Assembly: GCA_002245135.1 (NCBI GenBank)
Contig: NGBS01000627.1
Coordinates: 1-51,882 of the forward strand
Direction of reading: 5' to 3'
From: Proteromonas lacertae
Taxonomy: Eukaryota
DNA length: 51,882 bases
Shown here: positions 1 to 10,876 of the stretch, piece by piece
How the letters are laid out: every line of letters starts with the position of its first letter
Numbering within the stretch: position 1 is the stretch's first letter
The notes under the pieces: model-generated
Told to the model about the DNA's origin: nothing
The model's input: only the letters and a program-made list of their open reading frames with translations
The model's database searches: none
Translations under genes and position numbers: made by a program

Positions 1-589
1 ATCTGCATACTCATGTTCTCCATTTCTTAATTTTCTATTCATTACTAATATTGAAGCTCTTCTGTCATACCCCATAGGTTTTGAGGTTTATCATTAATTG
101 ATCGCCATGATGTCTATAATCACCTAGTACTTCTGGATCATTTCTATTAGTTCTGAGTGAACCACATATAAACACCTTTACTTTATTTCTTTTTAATATT
201 TTCATTGTTTTAATTGGAAATTGAATGACCCCATCTATGTGCTCTATTGTCTCTATATCTATGAATGTAAAAAGCATATTCACCGTTAGGTTGTCTAAGC
301 ATATTATATGTTAAATGGTCAGGCATATTCTTTGTATTTTTTGCTATTATATATATTTATTAAATTTTTATGGGTCTAATCAATAAAGTTATTGTTTGTT
401 TAGTAATACAAATGTTAGATGATTTAGATTATTGCCTGAAATGAGATATTGATATAATTGAGATGGGTATATACCCTAGTAAGTATATATAAATTATAGT
501 TAGATTGTGTGGCTAACCCTGTATATAAATATTAAAAATATACAGTTTGAATACTGGTTTGAGTTTGGCAGTTATATTATTAATTATTT

Positions 590-961
590 TTGAAATATCA
601 TCATGAATACAAAATTATTTTAAAACAGAGTATAGTATATCGAGTGAAAGTACCCAAAGTTCATGATGAAGAAGAATTTGATATAATATTAAATAATTTA
701 AACGATGTTGCGAAAAATTGGAGACAACTATCCAGATACCAGTATAAATATACATATATATTTTATAGATTCAAAGGAACTCGTTTAATTCCCAATCCAC
801 AGTTTCTCGTAGAAAGATTCAAATGCATATGGATAAAAGACCCAAAATTCAGAAAGACTATTATAAGGATTTTAAGGAAGAGTTTATATATTGCTTTCAA
901 TACAAAAAATGTAAATGTAAATCAATTGTATGCATTATCTTTATATATTTCCTTAGGTTGA
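590..961 (+). CDS. Hypothetical basic protein
   Basis: 123-codon open frame in AT-rich DNA with a TTG start; no motif recognised. Confidence 0.3.
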   Translation: MKYHHEYKIILKQSIVYRVKVPKVHDEEEFDIILNNLNDVAKNWRQLSRYQYKYTYIFYRFKGTRLIPNPQFLVERFKCIWIKDPKFRKTIIRILRKSLYIAFNTKNVNVNQLYALSLYISLG

Positions 962-1013
962 CAGAACAATTGATTATATATATGATTCGTTAAAAACATT
1001 AACATCTGATACA

Positions 1014-1355
1014 ATGACTGAATTAGGGGATGGAGATTTTGTTGATGGATACAATCAAGAGTATGATGATGAATACGGAAATGTAGTGGAAGTTATTGAA
1101 TTTGAACAACAAAATAAAGTTAAAGGAAATGTTAATTGTGAATCGAATGTAGATTCAATAATATTAGTTGTTGATGAAGAAGTACATAAAGTAAATCAAC
1201 AAAATGTGGTGAATTTATTTGATTATGGAAATGAAACTGTAGATTTATTTTCTTATGGTAAAGAAACTATAGATTTATTTTCTTATGGTAAAGAAGTAGT
1301 AAAACGCGATTTTCTTATTGAATCAGAAGAAGAAGAATGGCAATCAGAATATTAA
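1014..1355 (+). CDS. Hypothetical acidic protein with a short internal repeat
   Basis: ATG start, D/E-rich; three near-repeats NLFDYGNE/DLFSYGKE/DLFSYGKE. Confidence 0.4.
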   Translation: MTELGDGDFVDGYNQEYDDEYGNVVEVIEFEQQNKVKGNVNCESNVDSIILVVDEEVHKVNQQNVVNLFDYGNETVDLFSYGKETIDLFSYGKEVVKRDFLIESEEEEWQSEY

Positions 1356-1644
1356 ATCATAATGAATCTTGAATTGGTTTTGGTTTTGTTTTGTTTGGGT
1401 TAGTATTATAACTTATAAATTATATGGTGTGGCTAATTAACACCTTAAAATAATTATAAAAGAAATTAAGCTATTTTTGAAAAAAGCATTCGTTTCAAGA
1501 TTTGACTTGAACTTCATTTTTTTTGTTTTGTTTTTTATTACATAGGATGGTCACTATATGTTGTCATATCACACAGTATGGTGGCCATCCTATCTATTAT
1601 TGTTTTTTGAATTTTTTTAAGAAAATTAAATTTCGATTATGATC

Positions 1645-1847
1645 AGAAAGTCAAACTAAGGGCATATATGAGCCCAGCATAAATAGAGAAATCGATTGAT
1701 ATATTTATTATGCATTAAAAACGTTTCTAATGATGAAAATACACTATAGGGAAATAGCACACATTGAAACGGCTATTTTTTTGAATCAAAAACACATATA
1801 GGGAAATGGCACACTGTGCTATTTCCCTTTATTATTCATTATTATTA
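1645..1847. repeat. Putative element terminus, family 2 (copy 1), ending in a hairpin plus (TTA)n
   Basis: About 200 bp homologous to 23197-23394 (shared AAGGGCATATATGAGCCCAGCATAA and GCACACTGTGCT); hairpin GGGAAATGGCACACTGTGCTATTTCCC at 1801-1827, then TTCATTATTATTA and an abrupt composition change. Confidence 0.6.
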
Positions 1848-3646
1848 GACTGATAGAACATTGACGGCAAAGTCATCTTCCCAGGAGTTTGTTCTCGGGC
1901 CATCGAAGTAGTAGTTCATGGTCCAATTCATTGCTTCTACCTTCCACATCTTGTTATTGTAACTCAATTGCCCATATCGTTCCATTGCCGAGAGGACGAA
2001 GAAGTTATATTCATCGAGCAGTGGTTGATATACATAGGCTGGGTAAAATCTCTCAGCGATGTTGAAGACATGATTTCGAGTAGCATTGGCAAGGATAACT
2101 ATCGGTAGATTTGAAGATAGGCTCATACAACTTAAGGAGCTGACCGATGGTATAGTCCAGTTGCTGCATGATGCTATGATCTTCAACCCATAGTTCTACT
2201 GATGATGATGATAGCTCTTTGGGGTTGCTATGAACTCTATATCTTAAGTAACTTCTCCTATCGATAAATACTCTTTGATTAACTCTTACCAGGTGTTGTT
2301 CTTGGGATGGACTTATCATAGCAGGCATCTCTGTATTCAACTTTTTCTGATCCTCCTAGAGAGACTTTGCCTTATGAATACTCAACAAGCATTATCTACC
2401 CGTACTACCTCTAGCCTTGAATTACAACAGCGTGAGCCTATGGCTACTTCTACTCATAAGAAGTCCAATTGCTAAGTGTAGTAAGGCTGTGAAATCATCC
2501 ACCTATTCCAATCATCGATATCATCTCCTATTGTTGCTAGACAACTTCCTCGGTACAATCATCCAAAGAAGTCACTGTCAAGAACTTAACCAAGACCTTG
2601 AAGTCCATCCATAGCAAGGACAAGATTATTGACTATGTGGCTATATGCACTGACTTACGAAAACATCTTCGTTCCTACTATCAACTACTTCAAGAGACTA
2701 AAGCAAATGCTGATAAGCTCACTCCCAAGTAATTACGTCTATCATCAGAGATCATGGATAAGATCTTGGAAGCTATAAAGAACACTAGCAACCTCCTCAA
2801 CTATGAAGTCAAGAGTCAGGACACTTACATTCATAAGATCCTTGACGATCTTAAACCAGCTTCTGTATCTGATCCATCAGTGACAGCTACATCAGTTCCT
2901 GCTTCATTACCAACCCCAACATCTATTCCCAAAGATGATATTCAAGTAACCACCGATAGCTTTAAGGTAAAGCAAGAGAATCAATCATCCAGTCTTACAC
3001 CCTCATACACTTACTTCAATTCACCGATAGTAAGTTCCTTGTCTGGCAATCCAACAACCTCTGGACTAGCAACACCAACAAGTACTTCCCCATCAATTCC
3101 TTTACAAGTTCCCATGCAGGTTCCTATTCAGGCTCCTTTGAAAACTACTAAGACTGGTAAAGGTAAGAGATTTACAAAATCATCCTTTCCTAATCCTTAT
3201 GCTGCTTACGTTCCATCATTCGGAGGAGTCTATCAGCAACAGGCCCAACAAGTGACGACCTTATCCAGATACTTCTAAGTTCCTTAATCACTTATCGTTG
3301 ATAACCTTGAGTTGTTTACAGGCTACTGCAATCATCGTCTAGGATCTATCGGAGATGCTTATTATCACGTCCCTTATCATCTCCTATCCGATGATTTATA
3401 CAACAATAAACATTAGATCAATACATCTCCTTAGCTGAGCTCAATCTTTGCTCTTCATTCCTTCCTAAGCATTGCTCTTGTATGTAGTGCTTCTGAAGTG
3501 TATAAGCTCCTTCAGCAACTCTTCTTACCGTCTTATACCATCTTCATAGACTGGAGGATCATCGTTGATTAACCTGGAGTACGTTCTGCGATAGATGAAC
3601 TCACCGAGACTATTGAATCCATAAGGAGGACGATGCCGTGCAAGAC
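1848..3646. mobile_element. GC-richer degenerate interior fragment of a mobile-element family
   Basis: Composition shift; about 1950-2100 is homologous to about 29812-29960 (VFNIAERFYPAYVYQPLLD vs VLNIAERFCTTYVYQLLLD); ORF 2417-2614 resembles ORF 30787-31092 (VKSST...HLLLLL). Confidence 0.6.
2754..3278 (+). CDS. Hypothetical S/T/P-rich low-complexity protein inside the element fragment
   Basis: 174-aa ATG-started ORF; no family recognised. Confidence 0.4.
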   Translation: MDKILEAIKNTSNLLNYEVKSQDTYIHKILDDLKPASVSDPSVTATSVPASLPTPTSIPKDDIQVTTDSFKVKQENQSSSLTPSYTYFNSPIVSSLSGNPTTSGLATPTSTSPSIPLQVPMQVPIQAPLKTTKTGKGKRFTKSSFPNPYAAYVPSFGGVYQQQAQQVTTLSRYF

Positions 3647-4288
3647 ATGTTGTGCGCCGTTTGTCATAGTTGGCCGTTTGTCTACCAGACACATTTAAAA
3701 CAAACTATATGTATATTCTTACTTGTCTTGATGAAAAATTGTTACTTTTATTACTTACTTTGTTATATGACCTACCACTGCAATATACTTTTTTGTTAAT
3801 ATAAATAGTTTGAATATATGCGTCTTTTGTTTTCTAGAAATTTTTGAAGCAAACTAAATGTATATTTAGCTAAAATAAACTAAAATACATTAATTGAAAT
3901 GATTAGAATGTAAGAATTATTAAATCTTTCTATATAAAAAAAGAAATGTAAAAAATAGGCTTGAGAGAGGCTTGATTCTATATTTTCTTTTTTCATTTTA
4001 AATGTCTTATGATGAACATTAAGTTGTTCTAATCATTTAAGCTAATGTATTTTAGTCTATATTAGCTAAATATGCATTTAGTTTGCTTCAAAAATTTCTA
4101 GAAAACAAACGGCGCATATATTCAAACTATTTATATTAACAAAAATGTATACTGCAGAGGTAGGTCATATAACAAAGTAAGTAATAAAAGTAACAATTTT
4201 TCATCAAGACAAGTAAGAATATACATATAGTTTGTTTTAAATGTGTCTGGTAGACAAACGGCCAACTATGACAAACGGCGCACAACAT
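3647..4288. mobile_element. MITE/foldback-like element with about 260-bp TIRs (TGT...ACA ends)
   Basis: ATGTTGTGCGCCGTTTGTCATAGTTGGCC at 3647 is the reverse complement of GGCCAACTATGACAAACGGCGCACAACAT ending at 4288; arms stay similar to about 3908/4028; no TSD seen. Confidence 0.75.
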
Positions 4289-4439
4289 CTTTGATCTTTC
4301 AGTTATTAATCCAGATTTATGAAGTTTTATTCCAAAATTTCCATATTTGATAAATGATTCAGTCAAATCACAACATGTTAAGAATTTCAAATTATCTTCA
4401 TTTATCCTTATAGGCAAAGCTCTTCTTCTCCTAACCATC

Positions 4440-5261
4440 ATCTTCAATCACTCTGGTTAGCAACTCCTTTGAAGTTCATCCTCGAGCATCTCCGTGTTGT
4501 TGTTGTTGTTGTTGTTGTTGTTAGTGCTTATAGTACACCCCAACAAAGTCAATTAATTATCATGGAAGATCGTTAAACAAGTTACATTGAACTCCACGGT
4601 ACTTGAATACTACAATTGGCCTTGATACTCCCACTTCCATCTATAACGTGACTTCAGGTGTGTAGCCAGGTATTGGAATATTAATTGGGTTGTTGACAAT
4701 AAGCTTATCAGAGAAGGTAAGTTTCTTATGATGTTGATGATCCTTCCTTTGACGATACCTACGGCACTCTTCACAGCTCTTGTAATATCCTCCATCTCGT
4801 TTTAGAAACTCCTTCCTTGTGTGGATCTTGAAGCACCTATAGCATAAGATCTGTGGATCTGTATAATTGTTGATACTTATTGCGTTCTTCACGGCATTGA
4901 CTACAGATCTTATAGAAGTGCTTGCAGTCTCGTTTAATTTCTCTTGGGCGTCTTCTACGGCAATAGTAACAATTGTAAACTCCCGGTTACCCAGTTGGTT
5001 TCCACGGTTCAATTAAAAGCCCTTACAAGGTCACCAGCGTAGCAAGGAGAGTCAAGAGCATGATTAGATTCATCACCTCGAGGTAACCAACACTTCTAGA
5101 TAGCTTCCAGGAATACCAGTAGGAAACAGGCTCATAGGCAGGTATAGAAATAACTTACAAGAGTCCCGTAGGAAGTTGACCCCGTAGGAGTAATCCCGTA
5201 GGCACCTTACGTAAATGGGACTATGGTACATTGTCACAGAGTCCCATTTATATACTATATA
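4440..5261 (-). mobile_element. Truncated member of the TATATAG-TIR family (left end plus zinc-ribbon gene)
   Basis: About 4970-5261 is the reverse complement of the left end of the 36448 element, including sequence internal to the TIR; ends CCCATTTATATACTATATA at 5261. Left boundary approximate. Confidence 0.8.
4641..5012 (-). CDS. CxxC...CxxC zinc-ribbon protein
   Basis: CYRCFKIHTRKEFLKRDGGYYKSCEECR matches the motif repeated in 38020-38961. Confidence 0.55.
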   Translation of the reverse strand: MNRGNQLGNREFTIVTIAVEDAQEKLNETASTSIRSVVNAVKNAISINNYTDPQILCYRCFKIHTRKEFLKRDGGYYKSCEECRRYRQRKDHQHHKKLTFSDKLIVNNPINIPIPGYTPEVTL

Positions 5262-5271
5262 TTAATTGTAA

Positions 5272-6099
5272 ATGAAAAACTGTATATTTGTATTTTTGTT
5301 ACTGTTTATGATTTGTAATACAATTATTAATTATAATAAAATATTTAAAATTATAATTGTTACATTATATTTTCCAGTTATAAATCATCATCATCCCATC
5401 CAACAATATTTATATTGGTCAAAATTATTTTTTAATATAGTGAAATGTGAAACTTATTTTTTTACGAATAATAAATTATATTCATCATTTCCGCAGCTGA
5501 AAACATTGCATATATATTATTTTGATAATATAACTTCAATACCAATAATACAAAAATTAAATATTAAAGAAATGGTAAAAAATACACTACACCAAATATA
5601 TCACTCCAAAATAGCTCTTTTATATCACATTAGCAGAGTATATGCAGCTGCTATATATTTTTTTAATGATATAAGTACATTTCATTTTAAACAATTCGAG
5701 ACTGTGAAAAATTATCCAAATTCTGAGTATGTTCAATCACTATTTAGTAAAACAATATCGCCTATATTTTTTACTATAAATCATAACAAAAATTCTCCAT
5801 ATTTTATACAAGGAGGATGTTTTGGTGGAAATAGAAAAGCAATTAAATATTTATATGTTAATTATTATACATTTCTTAAAACATATTTTACTAAAAGGGG
5901 TTATATAAATATTACAGAAGAAATGTTATTAGATTTGTTAATATATAACATAAATGATTCTATTCTTATCCCTAACAACCCTAATAGTTGTAAATATCTT
6001 AAACATTCAAATAGATGGTTTTACTATATTAATGTATTATCTGGATATCCAACTGATTGTGTAAAGAATTTAAAACTTAGCAAATTGAATGAATATTAG
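5272..6099 (+). CDS. Membrane-anchored putative glycosyltransferase-like protein (HtrL/YibB-like)
   Basis: 275 aa, N-terminal hydrophobic segment, IIIVTLYF near the N-terminus and FIQGGCFGGN...TEEMLL near the C-terminus. Confidence 0.5.
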   Translation: MKNCIFVFLLLFMICNTIINYNKIFKIIIVTLYFPVINHHHPIQQYLYWSKLFFNIVKCETYFFTNNKLYSSFPQLKTLHIYYFDNITSIPIIQKLNIKEMVKNTLHQIYHSKIALLYHISRVYAAAIYFFNDISTFHFKQFETVKNYPNSEYVQSLFSKTISPIFFTINHNKNSPYFIQGGCFGGNRKAIKYLYVNYYTFLKTYFTKRGYINITEEMLLDLLIYNINDSILIPNNPNSCKYLKHSNRWFYYINVLSGYPTDCVKNLKLSKLNEY

Positions 6100-6258
6100 A
6101 TGTTCTAATTTCTATGATACATAAGTGGATGGAATAATCAACCATAAACAATATGGATAAGTTAATTTTATTGAGTTTGTATATAACTTATTAAGTATAA
6201 CAAAAATAATAGCACACATAAAATATTAGCAAACAATCAAAAATAATTAACTTAATAT

Positions 6259-7345
6259 CAGTGTTGTTATTATCAGTCAAAAATATAGGTTTACCTATAG
6301 GTCAAAACCTATATCTTTAGCTTGACCTTTACCTTCCTTATACTAACTATAAGTTGAACTCCTATTGAAAATGAGTTAACAAGCATATTATCTAACCATA
6401 AATACAATATTAATGTTTTATACATCATCTTTCAAATATCAAATTTGATTGTCCGTCGATGCACTTTTTATATTACTATTATTTTGATCTATTTCTCAAT
6501 GATGACTCACAATAACATATTATTAACATAATATTAAATTAATTATAGAATAAAAAAATAAAAGAAAAAACATCAAGCTTGATGGTTTGACTAAGTAAAT
6601 CTTTATTTATTAAGATTTAGATCATTTAAATGTGTAATTACTCAATATTTATAATACTTTATAATATATGAAACTATAGGGATATCACATTACCTCCTTT
6701 CGCATCAAAAGAAGTTATGGATTTATTCAATTATAAAATGTTTTGGAAAAACGTAATTAAAATAAAATATTCAGATTATTACATATGGTAAAAGCCAAAG
6801 TCAATTCAGATTCTGTCAACAAAGATCTATGTAAATTCACCAGAATTAGAAGGTTTTGCTTCAAACTAGGATATAGTATAACTCTAAGAGAGTTTTATAA
6901 TGATTATTTATTTTCAGAAACTGAGAAAGTAAGAGACTTATTGAAGACAAATCATTAATATCCAGAAATAGAGATTTATTATTATAATTACATTTATATT
7001 TGTTTTTTAGAGATAGTAATCAATATAAATTAATCATCAAAATAACAAGTTGTTTATAGATATGTTAAATATCACTATTGAGTAGTTTGTAGATGAATTT
7101 TAATATATCAGAATAGATATTTATACAATTTCAACCAATCTTATTCTAACTATGGTAATTAAAGTAAAACAAGAAGCAGGAATAATATTTTATATAGTAT
7201 GGTAGTTTGTATAAAGCAAATGTTACTCAGTAAGTTATTAAAATAGATTTTAACAAAATAATGCTCAAGGTTTGACCGACCAACGGTCAAAGCTAGATTA
7301 TAGGTTTTACCTAAAATCTATAGGTTACCTATTTATACAACCCTG
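6259..7345. mobile_element. Non-autonomous hAT element
   Basis: Imperfect TIRs CAGTGTTGT/ACAACCCTG; perfect 8-bp TSD CTTAATAT (6251-6258, 7346-7353); inverted copy at 24681-25710. Confidence 0.85.
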
Positions 7346-7499
7346 CTTAATATACTATATTATACTTTCTTTATATCGTTGTTGGTAGTCTTTTTTTCTA
7401 CACTTATTTGCTGATAATGATTTTAAGGTAAATTATCTATATTTACAATCTATAATCTATATTTATAAACTATTTTAGTAATTAGACTTATTTAATGTA

Positions 7500-8327
7500 C
7501 AAGAGGTTTTTTATTGAATTATTTCTTTTATTTATTTCTATACTTACATTCGTATAACATTGTATATTGTTTTCCCAAGTAAAAGTAAAGGAGGACTGTT
7601 TGTTTTATCAAAATATCTAAAAAATGCTATTAGAAAATGGAATAAAGACAAAATTCATTCAAATAAAGCATTACTACTCCATAAAGACTCACTAAATCTA
7701 AAAGAAATAACAAGCATTGTTAATAGAAAGAACAATTACACATGGTTTGAAAGAGCAGAATAATTATTTCAAAAGATTCATTTATGGACTTATTGTGACT
7801 CCATTAAAATAGTTTAAAAGTCCAAAGAACTATAAGTATGAATAGTTTTGGCGTATAATTATGAATAAGATATATACATATGTATCACATTCTAGAAGGG
7901 CAATCAAACATATAATTAGCTACACAAAATGTCATACTTATATATACAAGCATATTATACTTAAAACCATGAATATAAAGAAAGATCAATTGATTCTTTA
8001 TTATATATAAAATATGCAGATTCTAACAGGAAAAATGATAAAAAGAAATTAATAGGCTATCTAAATCAAAAGTATAATATAATGTTAATAAAATATGGAA
8101 ATTAATCAATAAAATATCTTATGTTTGCAGCAAATAATTCAAAATTTGTTATATATTATTCATTTTATGATACAGGTGCAATATCTCATCAGAAATAATT
8201 TATAGAAAAAGGATACGGAAGTTTTGTAAAAGAATTTGATACTAATATTACTTCATCTTTTTCTAAACTAGATATTATATATAAATAACAAATAAATCCT
8301 AATGATTTACATAATAATATATTAAAC
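7500..8327 (+). pseudogene. Pseudogene paralog of the GT-B-like gene at 18134-19162
   Basis: YIVFPSKSKGG, WFERAE and SFYDTGA match 18134-19162; many stops and frameshifts; the 3' end is cut by the hAT insertion and resumes at about 9399 (NNLNCLES). Confidence 0.8.
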
Positions 8328-9398
8328 CAGGGTTGTATAAATCTGTCATGACCGACGGAGAAAACCGATCGGTCGTAGGTCAATAAATAAATGTTGACCG
8401 ACACCAGGCTGTAGTAACTATTAGCTGACCTCCTCCTAAACATGTGATATTAATAATATTATCTAACTGTACATATTGAATTCAAGCTCTATATATCATT
8501 CTATAAAATACCGAATTAACCGTCGGTCGATGCGCTTTTTTCTTTCTTCATAATTGAATCTAACCTTACCAATGAGTTATTCTATTGTGTTATATATGTA
8601 ATATAAAGTATAGAATGATTATAAAAATTTGAAAGAAAAAATGGCAAACTTTTAGCTTGACATAAATTATTTCTTAAAATTATCATAAATGTATCTAATA
8701 TAATCTATCATTATATATTCTAGGAGTATAGTTTTACCAATTGGAGCGGCTCGTGAAGTTATTGCCTTAAAAGAGGCAAATATGCTTAAACATCTTAATT
8801 TTAACTTATACAAAACCTTTTGGTATAATATGTTAAAGATAAAAAGCCTTGATAAATGCATTTACAGTAAAAAGAAAGAGATTAATTATGCCAAATGAAG
8901 TACAAGAATATTTGCAATATGATATTCATTACAGCACCTCTGAAACCATTGGAAATATCTGGCTATCAATAAAGTCCAAGTTTCCTAGGGTATACATACT
9001 TGCCAAGAACAGTTTAAACAGTCTAGCAACATCTTCAGAGTCAGAAAGAATATTTTCCGAAGCTGGACAAATTAGTAACTTATGAAACTGATGATTACAA
9101 ATGAAACTGATGATTAGTAGAAATAAATAAGAACATAATTATATAAAATACCTAATTATTGTTGAGTATTAAATTGTAATTCTTTATAGAAAGTTAAAAA
9201 TTATTTAATTGAATTGAAAATATATGAATCAAGTATTAAAATATATTATAAGATAGTTTTTATGAAGGGAAAATCAGTATATAATGAATTAAAATAGATT
9301 TTATAATATACGGCTTGTAAGGCTTGACCGACCGACAGTCAAGGCAAAACCTATAGGTTTTGACCTATCTCCGTCGCTAACCGATAAATACAACCCTG
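8328..9398 (+). mobile_element. Internally deleted hAT transposon
   Basis: TIR CAGGGTTGTAT/ATACAACCCTG; 8-bp TSD TATTAAAC (8320-8327, 9399-9406); contains a hAT dimerisation-domain remnant. Confidence 0.9.
8849..9085 (+). pseudogene. hAT transposase C-terminal dimerisation domain remnant
   Basis: WLSIKSKFPRVYILAKNSLNSLATSSESERIFSEAG fits the hATC consensus W...FP.L..LA...L...ATS..SER.FS.AG. Confidence 0.85.
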
Positions 9399-9453
9399 TA
9401 TTAAACAATCTGAACTGTTTAGAATCAAAATTTGCTGTTGTAAAATCAATATT

Positions 9454-10284
9454 ATGAGCATTATTTTGTTTTTGAATATTATGCTACGTTATTATTTTGT
9501 ATCATTTTTATTATTAATTATATATATAAAATATAAAAATTGCAGTATTTGTGTAGATTGTATATCATTAATTATTCCTTCAACTGAAAATGACTTTTTA
9601 AACTGTTATAATCAATTTTTCTACTATCATGATAGTTTTTCATATGCAAAAGAAATAATTATTTCAATGAGTTCTGTTACCAACTCTACATTAGTGATAA
9701 AATTAATAAGTAATTTAAGATTAAAAACAAAAATTACTTTGGGTTTGAGAAAATCTCAACATAATCCAGGATCAAACAGAAATTATGGATTTTCTTTAAG
9801 TAAATGTGAAGTAGTATCTTTTTTTGATATGGATGATTTAATGTCAGTAAACAGGCTTCCTATTATGTATAACATATTTAAAAATGATTTATCTGTAGAA
9901 TTTGTATTACATCAATATTCTTCTAAATGTAATGGAATTAATAAGAAATATGATACAAATAATTCATTAAGATTTAAATATAATTTATCATATGATAATA
10001 TATATAGAGAATACTATAACATACACAAAAAAGTAAAACTAAAGGATATATGGTGTTGTAAGTATATTAATAAAATTAAATATGAAAAAATTCATAACGG
10101 TTGGCCAACAATGAGAAGATACATATTAAATAAAATAAAATATAATGATAGTTATGAATCTGGTGAAGATTCTGATTTTAATTCAAAAGTGATACTAAAT
10201 AAATATCATGTTATAATTTTAAAAATAAGCCTTGGATACTATAAGAAAGATAATAACTGTAAAAATCTTCTATCATGTTTATAA
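9454..10284 (+). CDS. GT2-like (GT-A fold) glycosyltransferase
   Basis: SLIIPS, NRNYG...VSFFDMDD and GEDSDF motifs; N-terminal TM segment; paralog of 15521-16171. Confidence 0.8.
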   Translation: MSIILFLNIMLRYYFVSFLLLIIYIKYKNCSICVDCISLIIPSTENDFLNCYNQFFYYHDSFSYAKEIIISMSSVTNSTLVIKLISNLRLKTKITLGLRKSQHNPGSNRNYGFSLSKCEVVSFFDMDDLMSVNRLPIMYNIFKNDLSVEFVLHQYSSKCNGINKKYDTNNSLRFKYNLSYDNIYREYYNIHKKVKLKDIWCCKYINKIKYEKIHNGWPTMRRYILNKIKYNDSYESGEDSDFNSKVILNKYHVIILKISLGYYKKDNNCKNLLSCL

Positions 10285-10322
10285 TAATATCTAATAGCTA
10301 TTTCAAATTTATAAATATTAGC

Positions 10323-10400
10323 ATGAAATATAGAAATGGTATTGAACAATTAAAAGGATATTCAATTATTATTATTGTATTATACCATGTAATATTCTTA
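10323..10400 (+). pseudogene. 5' remnant of an acyltransferase-3 gene
   Basis: MKYRNGIEQLKGYSII then a shifted IVLYH, similar to MDYRYDLDCLRGIAMLLVYVYH starting at 33074. Confidence 0.5.
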
Positions 10401-10876
10401 AACTTGTTATAAAATTTATATTATATTACAAATTATTTTAATCTTATAATACACATGAATCTTTTTTATGATAATAAGCACAAAGAGTATATAAAATATT
10501 ATCATATTAGGATAAAATTTTACTTACAATACCTAAAATCTAAATCAACATTTGTATTATATTTTTTACCAACACCTGTATTGATACATAGAATTCCATG
10601 TAGTAAACAAAAAGATCATGTTGCACTTAACGGTGTAGATATAAATATATATTCTCACACACATAATCATATGGATGGAATTGAAGTTATTAATTTAACA
10701 TATCTATTGTGTAATTCACATTTTTAACTTTTATAAGAATATATTAATTACACAAATGTTGCTAAAGGTAATATAGAATGGGAATATATACTTTCCAAAA
10801 ATAAAATATTAAGATATGTTATAATATATTACTTCATGAATATAATTATGTAGGGAATTTTTATTTAAAAGAAATT

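Noticed and set aside
65..283. FIDIET as an ExoI motif of a protein-primed polymerase
   Set aside because: One short motif with no other PolB motifs visible.
4496..4522. (GTT)n microsatellite
   Set aside because: Ordinary simple repeat.
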